IMG/VR virus record: IMGVR_UViG_3300032331_001351
Span: 1-57,193 of that record
From: a virus
Taxonomy: Duplodnaviria; Caudoviricetes
Reading direction: 5' to 3' (one strand)
DNA: 57,193 nt
Made by a program: the position numbers and the translations under genes. Below the pieces are notes generated by a model. The model saw only the letters and a list, made by a program, of their open reading frames with translations. It ran no database searches and was not told the origin of the DNA. Each line of letters opens with the position of its first letter. Position 1 is the stretch's first letter. Shown in pieces: positions 18,031 through 27,501 of this stretch.

Positions 18031-20666
18031 CAGAATGTGCCCCCGTTAATACCACCCCAAGCCGGGGCGCTTGCTCCAGCAGAAGTCAATACCTGCCCGG
18101 CGGTTCCATTAGCGAGGAAAGTCGTCGCGCCCGAACCGCTTTGGTACGGGATTTGGCTAGCTGCACCGCCCGCGAGGTTAGTTGCTGTGGTTGCCGTAGT
18201 TGCTGTGGTTGCCGTAGTTGCACTACCCACCGTAACCGAAGCCGGGTTGGTCCATCCAGGAGCAGACCCGCTTGAAGTCAACAGGTACGTACTTGCGCCA
18301 ATACCTAACTTACTCAGCGCAGTGCCTGAAGCGTAATACGGTAAGTCACCCGCCGTAAAGCTGGTCAAACCTGTTCCGCCAGTAGCCGTGGTCACAGTAT
18401 TTAAAGAAATTACTGTACCAGAGATATTGATTGGCGCAGTCCCACTGTAAACTTGTGAAGTGCTAAATTCAGTAAAAGTTATGGCGGTTGTACCGAAAAC
18501 AATTGTTCCGGTAGTTGTAACTACAAACGCAACACCTTTATTTACAGTACCGTTCTGAGTAAAGAAATAATCATTAAGGCTCAGGTCACCCGTACCCGTG
18601 CCGTAACTATCTGTGTCAGTAGACCGAGTTAAAACTGTACCGCCGGTAGCCCAAGTGTAAACGCCGTTGTATGCTTGGTTGACTTCATCTTTTACCAAAA
18701 TACGGTTCGTATTTGCAAGAGAATAACCGTCAAGCGTAGTTAATGCGACTGAGAGCGTAAGTGTTGCACCGACGCCTAACACGCCGTTGTCGTAAGTTAC
18801 TGTGCCGCCAGTTTGAGCCGCAAGGCTTTGAGTGGTTGCTACTTGAACTGGAGCATGATAAGTCAAGCCGGTAGTAACTAAACCATCTACGTATTGTTTT
18901 GTCGTTAGCTGTAAATCGCTAACGGGGTTTTGCGTCACCGCAACCGAAGTCAAACCACCCAGCGTCAGAGACGATGCGCCCAATGAGATTGCGGTTGTAC
19001 CTACTGTTACCGCGCTGTTTGTTAACGCGCTGTTAGGAATAGCGCTAAAGTTTGTGCCAGTCAAAGTCGGCGTGGTGCTATAGCTCGGGGTTGAACCGCC
19101 GACTAGAACCCCTGTGCCCGCAGCGAGTAATGAAGTCGCACCTGCGCCGGTTTGATAAGGCACAGAACCCGCCGCACCCCCGGCAATGTTTGTAGAAGTA
19201 CCTACGGCGAGGGTGGATTGCGCCACATACTGAGGAGCCGAAGCCCCGGCTGTCAATACGTAGTTAGTTGTACCGTTTGCTAAAAATGTTGTAACGCCTG
19301 AAGCCGTGTTATAGGGTAAAGAACCTGCCGCACCGCCAGCAATATTAGTAGCTGTTGTTGCAGTAGTGGCGGTTGTCGCGGTTGTAGCTGTAGCCGCATT
19401 ACCTCCTATAGACAATGACGTAGCTGTTCCGGTCAAACCCGTTCCCGGACCAGTAAACTGCGTGGTTGCTGTAACCGTCGTGCCGGTAACCGTAGAAGCC
19501 GTAGTAGCGCCGATAGGTGTGCTGTTGATAGTGCTCGTAGCTATCGTTTTACCTGACAGAGAAGACGGGATGTCTTGATTTGTCAAAGCTCGGAAAGTCG
19601 GAGTAGCGTCAATACCGCTAGTAGGACCTGAAAATATTTGATTAGCGGGTTGAGCTAACCATGCGGCAGTCAATACGCCGCTCGCCGTAACAGGTGAGTT
19701 TGAAATAGCAAACTCAGCGCTCGGTAACGCTAATCCGACTGAGGTGACTGTACCTGTGCCGGGTACTGAACCCCAAACGAGGTTAGTACCGTTCCAATAT
19801 AAAATCGTGTTAGCGCTCGTAGGGGCGGGTACAAACCCGGTAGTTCCCGCGCCGGTTTGGTAAAGTACTTGATTAGCTGTGCCGCCGTTGATGTTGTTAG
19901 CTTGACCTACATTGAGCCCACTTTGATTAGACCATGTATACTGGCTCGTACCGCCTGAAAGCAAAACCTGCCCGGCAGTCCCGGCGGGACCAACGTACAA
20001 TCCATCAGCACCAGACCAAATGACAGCCCCCGGCTGCATGACTAAACTGCGAGCCGTGCCGCCGTTGTTCAAGCCGAGAATATTGTCTACTTGATCATCA
20101 GCTGACAGATCAACTGCGGGGTGTTTGTGGTCGCCGCGAGACAGCGTGTTTGCGACCCCCGCCGAGCCGCTTTGAAAACCCGCCTGTGGCAAGGCAGAGC
20201 TGAAGTTAGCCGTCAGGGTGACGTTACCGCTCAAAGCCCCGCCGCCGGTCAAGCCGTTACCCGCGATTACTTGCGTGCTCGTAGGAACGTAACCGGAAAT
20301 AGTTGCCGGGATAGTAGTAGCTGCGGTCACGCGTCCGGTACTGTCAACGGTAAACACCGGAATATTTGTAGCGTTACCGTACACACCAGCCGTAACACCG
20401 GTGTCTGAGAGCAGCGTGCCGTTGATACCTTTAGAGGCAACGCTTAGGGTCACATTACCCGTCAGCTGACCGCCCCCGGTCATACCCGTACCGGCAATTA
20501 CTTGCGTGCTGGTTGGCACGCCCGCTACGCTCAGCAGGTCACCCACGCGGATTTGATAATTATTGCCTTGATAGACAATCATCATCAAACTGTTTTCGCT
20601 AGCGACCGGCGCTACGGGCAGCTGCGTGATTCGCGTTGGTATTAGATTACTTGGGACGTTAGACAT
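18030..20666 (-). CDS. Long tail fibre protein
   Basis: 878 aa, T/G/A/S-rich; repeated N[IL]AGG...PY.T..G.T units; TTKQYVD, RILVKD...NGVY; ends INGGTF. Confidence 0.75.
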   Translation of the reverse strand: MSNVPSNLIPTRITQLPVAPVASENSLMMIVYQGNNYQIRVGDLLSVAGVPTSTQVIAGTGMTGGGQLTGNVTLSVASKGINGTLLSDTGVTAGVYGNATNIPVFTVDSTGRVTAATTIPATISGYVPTSTQVIAGNGLTGGGALSGNVTLTANFSSALPQAGFQSGSAGVANTLSRGDHKHPAVDLSADDQVDNILGLNNGGTARSLVMQPGAVIWSGADGLYVGPAGTAGQVLLSGGTSQYTWSNQSGLNVGQANNINGGTANQVLYQTGAGTTGFVPAPTSANTILYWNGTNLVWGSVPGTGTVTSVGLALPSAEFAISNSPVTASGVLTAAWLAQPANQIFSGPTSGIDATPTFRALTNQDIPSSLSGKTIATSTINSTPIGATTASTVTGTTVTATTQFTGPGTGLTGTATSLSIGGNAATATTATTATTATTATNIAGGAAGSLPYNTASGVTTFLANGTTNYVLTAGASAPQYVAQSTLAVGTSTNIAGGAAGSVPYQTGAGATSLLAAGTGVLVGGSTPSYSTTPTLTGTNFSAIPNSALTNSAVTVGTTAISLGASSLTLGGLTSVAVTQNPVSDLQLTTKQYVDGLVTTGLTYHAPVQVATTQSLAAQTGGTVTYDNGVLGVGATLTLSVALTTLDGYSLANTNRILVKDEVNQAYNGVYTWATGGTVLTRSTDTDSYGTGTGDLSLNDYFFTQNGTVNKGVAFVVTTTGTIVFGTTAITFTEFSTSQVYSGTAPINISGTVISLNTVTTATGGTGLTSFTAGDLPYYASGTALSKLGIGASTYLLTSSGSAPGWTNPASVTVGSATTATTATTATTATNLAGGAASQIPYQSGSGATTFLANGTAGQVLTSAGASAPAWGGINGGTF

Positions 20667-20969
20667 TTAGAACTCCAGGTAGCCGTTGCCGTCTTCAGTG
20701 GTGAAGAACTCGTCACCGGCTTCTTGAATTACACCAGCCGGGTGAGTGTTGATCGGTGTGTCCGGGCGGTTGAAAGGAAGGACAATCTGGTCAGGACGAC
20801 GAGGCGCGAGACGGTACGGGTCGTACTCGTCGCGGTCTTCTTCACAAACCATCAAGCCGGGGTAATTTGGGTCGGGAGACAAATCAGAGAGCAACATCTT
20901 ACGCGAGCAACGACCGCAAATGGCGATGCCATAAGTCGGTTGGCCACTCGGGTCAAGAAACACGCTCAT
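20667..20969 (-). CDS. Hypothetical Cys-containing protein
   Basis: AICGRC...GLMVC..D.D..DP; coupled to neighbours. Confidence 0.7.
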   Translation of the reverse strand: MSVFLDPSGQPTYGIAICGRCSRKMLLSDLSPDPNYPGLMVCEEDRDEYDPYRLAPRRPDQIVLPFNRPDTPINTHPAGVIQEAGDEFFTTEDGNGYLEF

Positions 20970-21955
20970 TTAGTGTAAACTCCGATACCGGGGTTAATCT
21001 GAATTGGTGAGCCGTCATTGTCACCGTCCCAAGCACGTTGCAAGCTCATAGCGGCTTTCTGCTCGAGAACTGCCATAATTTGCGGGTCAACTTGTGGGGT
21101 TTCAGCAGCAACCTCAGCTGACAAGCCGTCAATAATCGCGTTAAGCCACCGCTGAGGCACTTCTACGTCTTGTTGTAGGTTTGCTGTGTCCATTATCTGA
21201 CGATGCCGCCAGAGGACTAACTGAGCCTGTTCAGCCGCTACGAAGGGCGCTGGCCACAGGTTTACCACAGGGCGCGGCAAATCGCGCTGAAAGTAGTAAT
21301 TGCTAGGACGCCCAGGAAACACTTTATTGCTCTGGTTGACGTAACTGTCGCGGTTCAACTGCCCGAGCGGAATCTCTTGAGGCATGTTGCCGAGGCTTAC
21401 CGTTGTGTATCTGAAAACAGCGTTAGGGTCTTGCGTATAAATACGGAAGTACGGATACGCGAGAGCGCCAGAAATGTCAGTCCAGGTGATTTCACCTGCA
21501 ACTGCGACATCATCAAAGCTACCCACAGTAACCCAGACTGTGCCGTTAGTGCTCACTTGAAAGTAAAGCGGAGTAGACGCGCCGGACCACTCGATGCCAA
21601 CCGTATCAACTACGGTCTGAGTAGTGAAGTTGACTTGATATAAATTACCCGCTGTCGTATTCACGCCGGTGACCGGTTGAATAGTGCGGTAATTCAAATT
21701 GAGGACTTCTACCGTGCCGTTGGGCAGGGTAACGATAGGCTGGTTCTCATACATAGGTAGAACCATTTTCTCAATACACCAGCTCGGTGTTTTGATGCTA
21801 GCCAGCTCTGACAAAAACAAATAAAGGGATTCTAGGGCATAAACCTGCATCTCGGCTGTGATAGCCTGAGCGGGCAGACGGCAACGCCTGAAGGCGTGGT
21901 CTACCACCTTCAGCGCGTTAAACGTCGTTGTACTCACCGTGCCTGAATATGCCAT
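20966..21955 (-). CDS. Putative adaptor/connector structural protein
   Basis: 329 aa; NK...GRP..YYFQR...LWP.P and DVEVPQRW motifs. Confidence 0.55.
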   Translation of the reverse strand: MAYSGTVSTTTFNALKVVDHAFRRCRLPAQAITAEMQVYALESLYLFLSELASIKTPSWCIEKMVLPMYENQPIVTLPNGTVEVLNLNYRTIQPVTGVNTTAGNLYQVNFTTQTVVDTVGIEWSGASTPLYFQVSTNGTVWVTVGSFDDVAVAGEITWTDISGALAYPYFRIYTQDPNAVFRYTTVSLGNMPQEIPLGQLNRDSYVNQSNKVFPGRPSNYYFQRDLPRPVVNLWPAPFVAAEQAQLVLWRHRQIMDTANLQQDVEVPQRWLNAIIDGLSAEVAAETPQVDPQIMAVLEQKAAMSLQRAWDGDNDGSPIQINPGIGVYTK

Positions 21956-22000
21956 GCTAACCCCGTGTTGTAGTCAGATGGCAGCTGTCCTAGCACGCCC
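21956..22000 (-). promoter_or_regulatory. Candidate structured 5' leader, copy 2
   Basis: CGUG-CU-N5-AGCUGC...CACG-N8-AUG; compensatory change relative to copy 1. Confidence 0.45.
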
Positions 22001-22012
22001 TATATTGACAAA

Positions 22013-22040
22013 ATTATAATTCAACCCTGCTAAAAAGCAA
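22013..22040 (-). promoter_or_regulatory. sigma70-type promoter TTGCTT-N16-TATAAT
   Basis: -10 at 22018-22013, -35 at 22040-22035. Confidence 0.5.
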
Positions 22041-22046
22041 AGGGAA

Positions 22047-22541
22047 TTAGCAATTACTCTTACCCATTTTGCCGCCCTTGCTCATCATCTTACCGCCTTT
22101 GCTCATCATCATTTTCTCGCCGGGCAAATTAGGCGCGGTGTTCATGCGGGTTTCACCGGGGTTTTTATTGGCAATAACCCCCAACGCGCCTCGGTTCTTC
22201 AACATACCTTGCGGAGCTGATGGGGCTTTCACAGTTTCACTCATCATGACTTCTTTACGCTGCATGCGGGGGGTCTCCATGGATTCATGCTTTTCCATAG
22301 CGCGACGGCTAGGATAGTTTTCTCCGGTGGCTTTCTCCATCACTTTACCGCCTTTAGCCATAGGGGTCATTTTCTGACCGACTAAGGTTTTTTGAACGGC
22401 GTTAGACTTAGCCATCTGAACGCTTTGACCCGCTTTAGCGGAACCACCCATAGCATAACCTTTAGCCATACCGCCTCCGCAGTAGCCTACAGCTTTACCT
22501 GCCGATGAGAAATTAAAATCTTTAACTTTTCCGACTGTCAT
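22047..22541 (-). CDS. Basic low-complexity protein with MAKGG/MSKGG repeats (possible internal head protein)
   Basis: Likely start MTVGKVKD at 22541 (SD AAGGGG); YCGGG, YAMGG, MAKGG and MSKGG x2. Confidence 0.65.
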   Translation of the reverse strand: MTVGKVKDFNFSSAGKAVGYCGGGMAKGYAMGGSAKAGQSVQMAKSNAVQKTLVGQKMTPMAKGGKVMEKATGENYPSRRAMEKHESMETPRMQRKEVMMSETVKAPSAPQGMLKNRGALGVIANKNPGETRMNTAPNLPGEKMMMSKGGKMMSKGGKMGKSNC

Positions 22542-22551
22542 GTTTATCCCC

Positions 22552-22965
22552 TTAGTTGGTACTAGCGTAGGTTTTAAGGCACTCAAGCACGATAGTGTAC
22601 ATATCGCCCGCTGAAGTATCTACTGTTGTGAACAACAAATTGCCATTACTACCTGCGCCCGCGTTATTTGGGATACCGCCAAACGATTCAAAACTCATGT
22701 TGTAAGTGGTGTTTTGCGGAATCATCCAAGCAAACTGGTCAGTTGTTGCATCCCAAAGGATACGAACTTCCATACCATGAGTGTTAGCCCAAATACGATT
22801 AATTTTGACGCCGTTGCAAGCCAAATTAAAAGAATTACGAGCAAGCGTTGTTACGTCAATTTTGGTAACAGCGGTTTCACCCGTGCCGTCAGAAATGTTT
22901 GTAAACTTGGCAATGAACAAGCGCTCACCGTCAAGAATTGTTTGCGAGGTTACTGCATCTGCCAT
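22552..22965 (-). CDS. Hypothetical virion protein
   Basis: 137 aa, SD AGGAG, beta-rich, downstream of the capsid gene. Confidence 0.65.
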   Translation of the reverse strand: MADAVTSQTILDGERLFIAKFTNISDGTGETAVTKIDVTTLARNSFNLACNGVKINRIWANTHGMEVRILWDATTDQFAWMIPQNTTYNMSFESFGGIPNNAGAGSNGNLLFTTVDTSAGDMYTIVLECLKTYASTN

Positions 22966-22988
22966 GTTTATCTCCTAAGCGTTAAGTT

Positions 22989-23010
22989 AAAAACCGGGGG
23001 CGAACCCCCG
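22989..23010 (-). terminator. Rho-independent terminator
   Basis: Minus strand CGGGGG-TTCG-CCCCCG followed by GTTTTT. Confidence 0.8.
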
Positions 23011-23017
23011 ATGAATA

Positions 23018-23506
23018 TTAAGACGCTTGGGTAAACGTAACGCCAGCTGCAACTGCGCAGAAAGCATAAGCAAACCAAGAAGTTCCATCGCTAATCATAA
23101 AGACGCGGTCGCCTGCAACAGATTGAGCATCCACAAAAGAGATAGTGTCATCTGCTGTACCAGTATCACCAGCCGCGCCAGAAGCGGGATACGCCTGACC
23201 TTTGATGATGTTTGCGCTTGCGCTCGTTACCACTGTGTAGCTAGCGCCAGAGGGCGCGGCTCCCACGATGAATGTGTAATTTACACCAGCCGCAGGTAGA
23301 GGCAAAGTGGTTACAAATTCAGTAGCTGAACTCAAGAAAAATGTTGTGCCTGACTGAGCGGCTGTCAAAGTTGAAGCTGCTGTCAGAGTTGTTACAGACG
23401 CTAAGCCTGTGATTGAACCGGTTACGTTGCCAGTTACGTTACCAGTCAAATTGCCAATAAAGCCATTAGTTGACGTTACTGGTCCGGAAAAGGTAGTTGA
23501 AGCCAT
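23018..23506 (-). CDS. Putative capsid decoration/head fibre protein
   Basis: MASTTFSGPVTS.NGF start, NLTGNVTGNVTG repeat; follows the capsid gene. Confidence 0.55.
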   Translation of the reverse strand: MASTTFSGPVTSTNGFIGNLTGNVTGNVTGSITGLASVTTLTAASTLTAAQSGTTFFLSSATEFVTTLPLPAAGVNYTFIVGAAPSGASYTVVTSASANIIKGQAYPASGAAGDTGTADDTISFVDAQSVAGDRVFMISDGTSWFAYAFCAVAAGVTFTQAS

Positions 23507-23511
23507 TTTAA

Positions 23512-23590
23512 ATTCCTCTCATGCGAGTTGGTGGGTATCTGTCTGCATGACGTCAGCCGGGGCTGTCAGATACACCGGAAAATCCCGGAA
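23512..23590 (-). ncRNA. Candidate pseudoknotted RNA downstream of the capsid gene (possibly Mu-gpT-DE-like)
   Basis: GUAUCUG/CAGAUAC stem with an inner CAGCC/GGCUG hairpin; loop UCAUGC is complementary to GCAUGA just before the SD GAGGA. Confidence 0.55.
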
Positions 23591-23595
23591 AAAGC

Positions 23596-23620
23596 AAAAA
23601 GAGGGGGACCGAAGCCCCCC
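23596..23620 (-). terminator. Rho-independent terminator after the major capsid gene
   Basis: Minus strand GGGGGGC-TTCG-GTCCCCC-TCTTTTT. Confidence 0.75.
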
Positions 23621-23627
23621 GCCTTTA

Positions 23628-24542
23628 TTAAACGCCAGCTGTACCGTAAACACCACGTGGGTCAGTCCAACCCACTGTGTAACGCTCAGTAGCCTTGTAG
23701 CGCATTGAGTCGGTCTCGAAGTCACCTTCCATAGACTTCTCCAAGCCACGACGCATCAACAACTTCAAGCCTTCAGGCGCGTCGGTCTGCACCCACCATG
23801 CGGTAGATGAAGTGATACGCGACAAGTTAGCTTGACCTTCAGCCAGCAAGCCCATGGACTTAACTGGGTTGATGTCGTTGTCGGCTGTGCCGGTACGCAA
23901 CACGCTCTTCAACAGGACTTCTGCTTGGAACACGTTAGAAGGACCGGAAACGATCTTCTTAGGTGTCAAACGGATACGCTTACCGTTGTTGTCAACGGCG
24001 TTGCGGATCTGAATAAGCATCTGCTCAAGTGAGGTTTGTGACAAGTTAGCGGGTGTGCTCAGCTGGTTGCTGAACGTACCGTTAACGATGGGGTGCGAAG
24101 TGCTGACCAAAGACACGCCATCACCGCCAACATACGCGCTGTTGAAAGCACGATTAAGAATGTTAGCCGAGAGGGTCTCTTTCGTTTCAATCAAAGACTG
24201 TGCCAAGTGTTTGGCATAGGTTTGACCGATACGGATGTGGTCGCCGTCTTCTACGAGAACTTTGGTCAAGCTGAATGCCAAACCATAGACTTTGTAGAGG
24301 TAACGCTGCAAGAACAACACGCCGCCAGATTGGTAAGTAACAGCCATACCGTCGGGCAGTTCAGGCGCAGCGCCAAAACCATAAAGAACGGGTTCTTCGT
24401 GGTAGTTGCGTGGGATGCCTTTTTGCTCGCGGAAGACCATCTTCCACTCGTCAGCTCGTTGGTCATAAACACCATCGAACACTTCGTTGAGGATAGGCTC
24501 AACAACGGATCTAAAGTCCGTACTACGCATTGGGGTAGCCAT
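23628..24542 (-). CDS. Major capsid protein (HK97 fold, Mu gpT-like family)
   Basis: 304 aa; A.ILNRAF...GGDGVSL....HP, L...SLEQ, ADND.NP, EGDFETDSMRYKATERY..GWTDPRG; strongly biased codons, strong SD and a downstream terminator. Confidence 0.85.
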   Translation of the reverse strand: MATPMRSTDFRSVVEPILNEVFDGVYDQRADEWKMVFREQKGIPRNYHEEPVLYGFGAAPELPDGMAVTYQSGGVLFLQRYLYKVYGLAFSLTKVLVEDGDHIRIGQTYAKHLAQSLIETKETLSANILNRAFNSAYVGGDGVSLVSTSHPIVNGTFSNQLSTPANLSQTSLEQMLIQIRNAVDNNGKRIRLTPKKIVSGPSNVFQAEVLLKSVLRTGTADNDINPVKSMGLLAEGQANLSRITSSTAWWVQTDAPEGLKLLMRRGLEKSMEGDFETDSMRYKATERYTVGWTDPRGVYGTAGV

Positions 24543-24555
24543 GTTTTAGCCCTCC

Positions 24556-25149
24556 TTAGATTGAGTTCACTGCGGCTTTGTAGTGGTGTTCGTTAATGCG
24601 AACAGTCACAACGGCATACGCGTCAGTGAGGGAATCGTTGATCTCATATCCTAAACCGGTGATCTGGAATTGACCAGAAGTGGCTTGGATGGCGGTTAGG
24701 TAAGTGTTTGACAAACCCGTTGATGTTGAGCCGCCGGGAGAGGCGACTGTCCAATCACACTCTTCGCCGACAGCCGTTTGAATGGTTGTGCCAGCAGAAG
24801 GGTTGTTGTATTGAACATCAAACAGCGTTTCAGGATCGTCATATACCCATGCTGTAATCTCAGTACCAGTCGTGCCAGATGGCCAGAAAGGAGAGATTGT
24901 AGGCTTGCCGGTGGCGTCTAAATATTGAACACCAGCAAAGATGCCCAACAGGGAGATACCATCAACAGTGCCTGAACGAGTACCGTCAGACGTGCCGAGT
25001 TGAATTACACCAGCGTCAGTCAGTTTAACGGGGTCACCGCTAAAAATGTTAGCCGCATAGGTGCTCGCGATTACATAGGCTTTTGGGCGCATCTGACCAC
25101 TGTTGTGGAAAGAAGCACGAAAGCCAAATGGTGCACTTATCGAAGACAT
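24556..25149 (-). CDS. Putative capsid cement/minor head protein
   Basis: APFGFR, IFSGDPV, G.F.G.QY and VYDDP..LF motifs; immediately upstream of the capsid gene. Confidence 0.6.
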   Translation of the reverse strand: MSSISAPFGFRASFHNSGQMRPKAYVIASTYAANIFSGDPVKLTDAGVIQLGTSDGTRSGTVDGISLLGIFAGVQYLDATGKPTISPFWPSGTTGTEITAWVYDDPETLFDVQYNNPSAGTTIQTAVGEECDWTVASPGGSTSTGLSNTYLTAIQATSGQFQITGLGYEINDSLTDAYAVVTVRINEHHYKAAVNSI

Positions 25150-25179
25150 AGTTGCTCCTAAATGGATTAAAAGGTTGCG

Positions 25180-25710
25180 TCAGGAAAGATCAAAACGAGC
25201 TTCCCGGTGTTGTCCTATTTCCATATTACCGTCTCCCATGGTCAGTCGCGACTTAGATGAACGCGCTTGCTCCTCGAGGAAATCAGCCGTATCGGTGAGT
25301 TTTTCCTCTTCACGAAGCGGGGCATCATGATGAGCCTCCTTCATGTATTTCTCATAAAGAGAAATAGGTAGCTTAAAAGCCAACATCTCATTCACCCCAA
25401 TGAGCCCTGCCCAATCACCCGTTTTAAGGGTTGCGTATTCCCAGCCAGGAACATCTTCTGACTTTACTGGTTCGTAGCCCAGTCGTATCCGCATTTGGAT
25501 AGAGTCACGAGGGTTAGTCGTGGTCAGCCAGCAACAATGCCAGCCGGGAAGTTTCGGTAAGTCCGGTAAAGAGGACTGAAAAAACTGCTGACGGAACATT
25601 TCAACCCGCTCGTCTTCGGTAACCTCTCGGTTTTGAGTGACTGCGCGATCTACCATCGCACGACTTTCACGACCTTCTCCTGCGGATTTCTTTAAGCGTT
25701 CGTCTGTCAT
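25180..25710 (-). CDS. Hypothetical head-module protein
   Basis: 176 aa between scaffold and capsid genes; PGW...W...R.RLGYEPV. Confidence 0.65.
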   Translation of the reverse strand: MTDERLKKSAGEGRESRAMVDRAVTQNREVTEDERVEMFRQQFFQSSLPDLPKLPGWHCCWLTTTNPRDSIQMRIRLGYEPVKSEDVPGWEYATLKTGDWAGLIGVNEMLAFKLPISLYEKYMKEAHHDAPLREEEKLTDTADFLEEQARSSKSRLTMGDGNMEIGQHREARFDLS

Positions 25711-25740
25711 AATACTCGCTCCTTTCAGCGATTGAAACCA

Positions 25741-25769
25741 ATTATAGGTTAAGAAAAATAAAAAGGCAA
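25741..25769 (-). promoter_or_regulatory. sigma70-type promoter TTGCCT-N17-TATAAT
   Basis: -35 at 25769-25764 and -10 at 25746-25741; positioned to drive the capsid operon. Confidence 0.7.
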
Positions 25770-25783
25770 CTCATTCAAGTTAT

Positions 25784-26749
25784 TCATGCTTTGTTAGCAC
25801 GATCGTACTCGGAATAACGCTTGGCGTATTTCATGCGTAAGACCGGATCATCCCAAACGCCCGCCTCAATCAATGCTTGCTTACGTTCAGGACTGAGGTA
25901 GATTTCCTTACGTGTTGACGCGGGTGCGTGTTCACGTCCGGAGCCTACAGCAGGACCACCGCGAGGAGTTCGTTCCTCACGAGCGGGCTGGCGCTCATTC
26001 TTGAATTTTTCAGGTAGGCGGCGAGCCGTGCGCTTACGCAATTCATCCCAGTATTCTTCTGACTGTGGATTGAATCCATCTTTAGCTAGGGCTTGGTCAA
26101 TCGCAATAACAACAGCTGAAGCCTCATCACGTCCTTGCGAATCGTACCATGGATTTTCAGCCATGAACTCCTTAGCGTAATGCATCGTCATGTCGTCAAG
26201 CTGCTGACCCGCCGGTTGCGGACGCTGCTGGGCGGCTTGGTTCTTAGCGAACTGGAGCTGCTGCATTTTCTGCATAGCTTGATCGCGGTAACGCATAGCC
26301 TGAGTTACGTCAGCGCCGTTGCCCGCCTCCACCGCCTTAGCAATGACGCGGTCTGCCATTTCGGCTTCCTTAGCCGCTTCAGCAATTGCGTTGTCGTAAC
26401 TGCCGAGGTCTACTTGATGGGCGCGTTGTTCTTGAGCAGATACGCGGCGCTCAAGGTCATCATTACGCTTACGTAAGAAGTCAAGCTCGAGTTTGTCGCG
26501 CTTGATGGCTTGGTCTCTACGGTCTTTACGCTCGACTTTTTCAAGTCTACGTCGCTCGCGGATTGCTGCACGCTCATCATCATTACCATCACCCTCGTCT
26601 TCTGTAGCGGAAGACGCGGTGCGTTCATCCTCTTGGTCTTCTTGTTCTTCGTGATCAGCTTCCTGATCGGTCAGATCTTTTTTATCTTCAACAATAACGA
26701 TTTCTTCGTTACCGTCTTTTTCGTCGTCTTCTCTCAATACTTCAGCCAT
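25784..26749 (-). CDS. Putative capsid scaffolding protein
   Basis: Acidic N-terminus, long coiled coil, NPWY and C-terminal LSPE...YAK; lies between portal and capsid genes. Confidence 0.65.
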   Translation of the reverse strand: MAEVLREDDEKDGNEEIVIVEDKKDLTDQEADHEEQEDQEDERTASSATEDEGDGNDDERAAIRERRRLEKVERKDRRDQAIKRDKLELDFLRKRNDDLERRVSAQEQRAHQVDLGSYDNAIAEAAKEAEMADRVIAKAVEAGNGADVTQAMRYRDQAMQKMQQLQFAKNQAAQQRPQPAGQQLDDMTMHYAKEFMAENPWYDSQGRDEASAVVIAIDQALAKDGFNPQSEEYWDELRKRTARRLPEKFKNERQPAREERTPRGGPAVGSGREHAPASTRKEIYLSPERKQALIEAGVWDDPVLRMKYAKRYSEYDRANKA

Positions 26750-26762
26750 AACTCATCTCCTT

Positions 26763-27176
26763 TCAGATGAATGCTCGAATTGCCAACGGGTCGCCAGTTA
26801 CCTGCCCGATGATATCCAAGTCATTGAAAATAACAAACATTGCAGATTCGTCTTTGCCCGGGAGCTTAACTTCCCAGCGATCACCACCATACTTAGCCAC
26901 GCGAACATGTTCACCAGCTTTGCACCAGTCACCTTCTGGCCAAGGTTTCATTGTGTCTCGGTTCTTAAACGCCAGCGGACCAAGGGCAATTACCTTGCCG
27001 ATTTGGGTGTTCCACTTTTCGGTTTCATTAGAACCATGGATGTCAATGATGATACCCCCAGCAGATTTCTTTTTAGGTGTACGGATCTGAATCAGAACAC
27101 GGCTCCCGAAAGGCTGAATTCCGGCATCTACTGCCGGGAAAGCCTCCGCTATTGCGTCCTCATAGGTCATTGTCAA
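26763..27176 (-). CDS. groES: GroES-like co-chaperonin
   Basis: QPFGSRVLI, K.SAGGII mobile loop, G.VIALGP, KYGG and FNDLDIIG. Confidence 0.8.
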   Translation of the reverse strand: MTMTYEDAIAEAFPAVDAGIQPFGSRVLIQIRTPKKKSAGGIIIDIHGSNETEKWNTQIGKVIALGPLAFKNRDTMKPWPEGDWCKAGEHVRVAKYGGDRWEVKLPGKDESAMFVIFNDLDIIGQVTGDPLAIRAFI

Positions 27177-27357
27177 AGTTTTTCTCCTCGTCTAGAAGGT
27201 TCAATAGTACGTTGATTGCCGCCTCATAACCAGCAACCATTCCCACGCGATACCCGTACTCGAAAGTGTCGCGAGTCTGAGGACGCATCAAGGCTTCAAC
27301 AGCAAATGACTGCTGCTCTGCCTTGAGGCGATTCAAAAGTTGAGACTCAACATTCAT
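27160..27357 (-). CDS. Hypothetical protein
   Basis: 65 aa, coupled to neighbours; FEYG..VG...GY motif. Confidence 0.65.
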   Translation of the reverse strand: MNVESQLLNRLKAEQQSFAVEALMRPQTRDTFEYGYRVGMVAGYEAAINVLLNLLDEEKNFDNDL

Positions 27358-27491
27358 GCAGGAATCTTAGGCGTCGCGGGGGCAGCTGGCAAGGTTTGAC
27401 CGTTCAGCTTTTCGCCCGCCGCTAGGCGGTGTTTCTGTTTCACAAATGCACCAGTCATAGGGACTGTGCCGGGGGTGGGTTTGTCGCTCAT
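27354..27491 (-). CDS. Small hypothetical protein (45 aa, MSDKPTPGTVPMTG...)
   Basis: Read by hand, below the track cutoff; SD AGGAG and ATGA overlap with the next gene. Confidence 0.6.
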   Translation of the reverse strand: MSDKPTPGTVPMTGAFVKQKHRLAAGEKLNGQTLPAAPATPKIPA

Positions 27492-27501
27492 AGCGTTCTC
27501 C

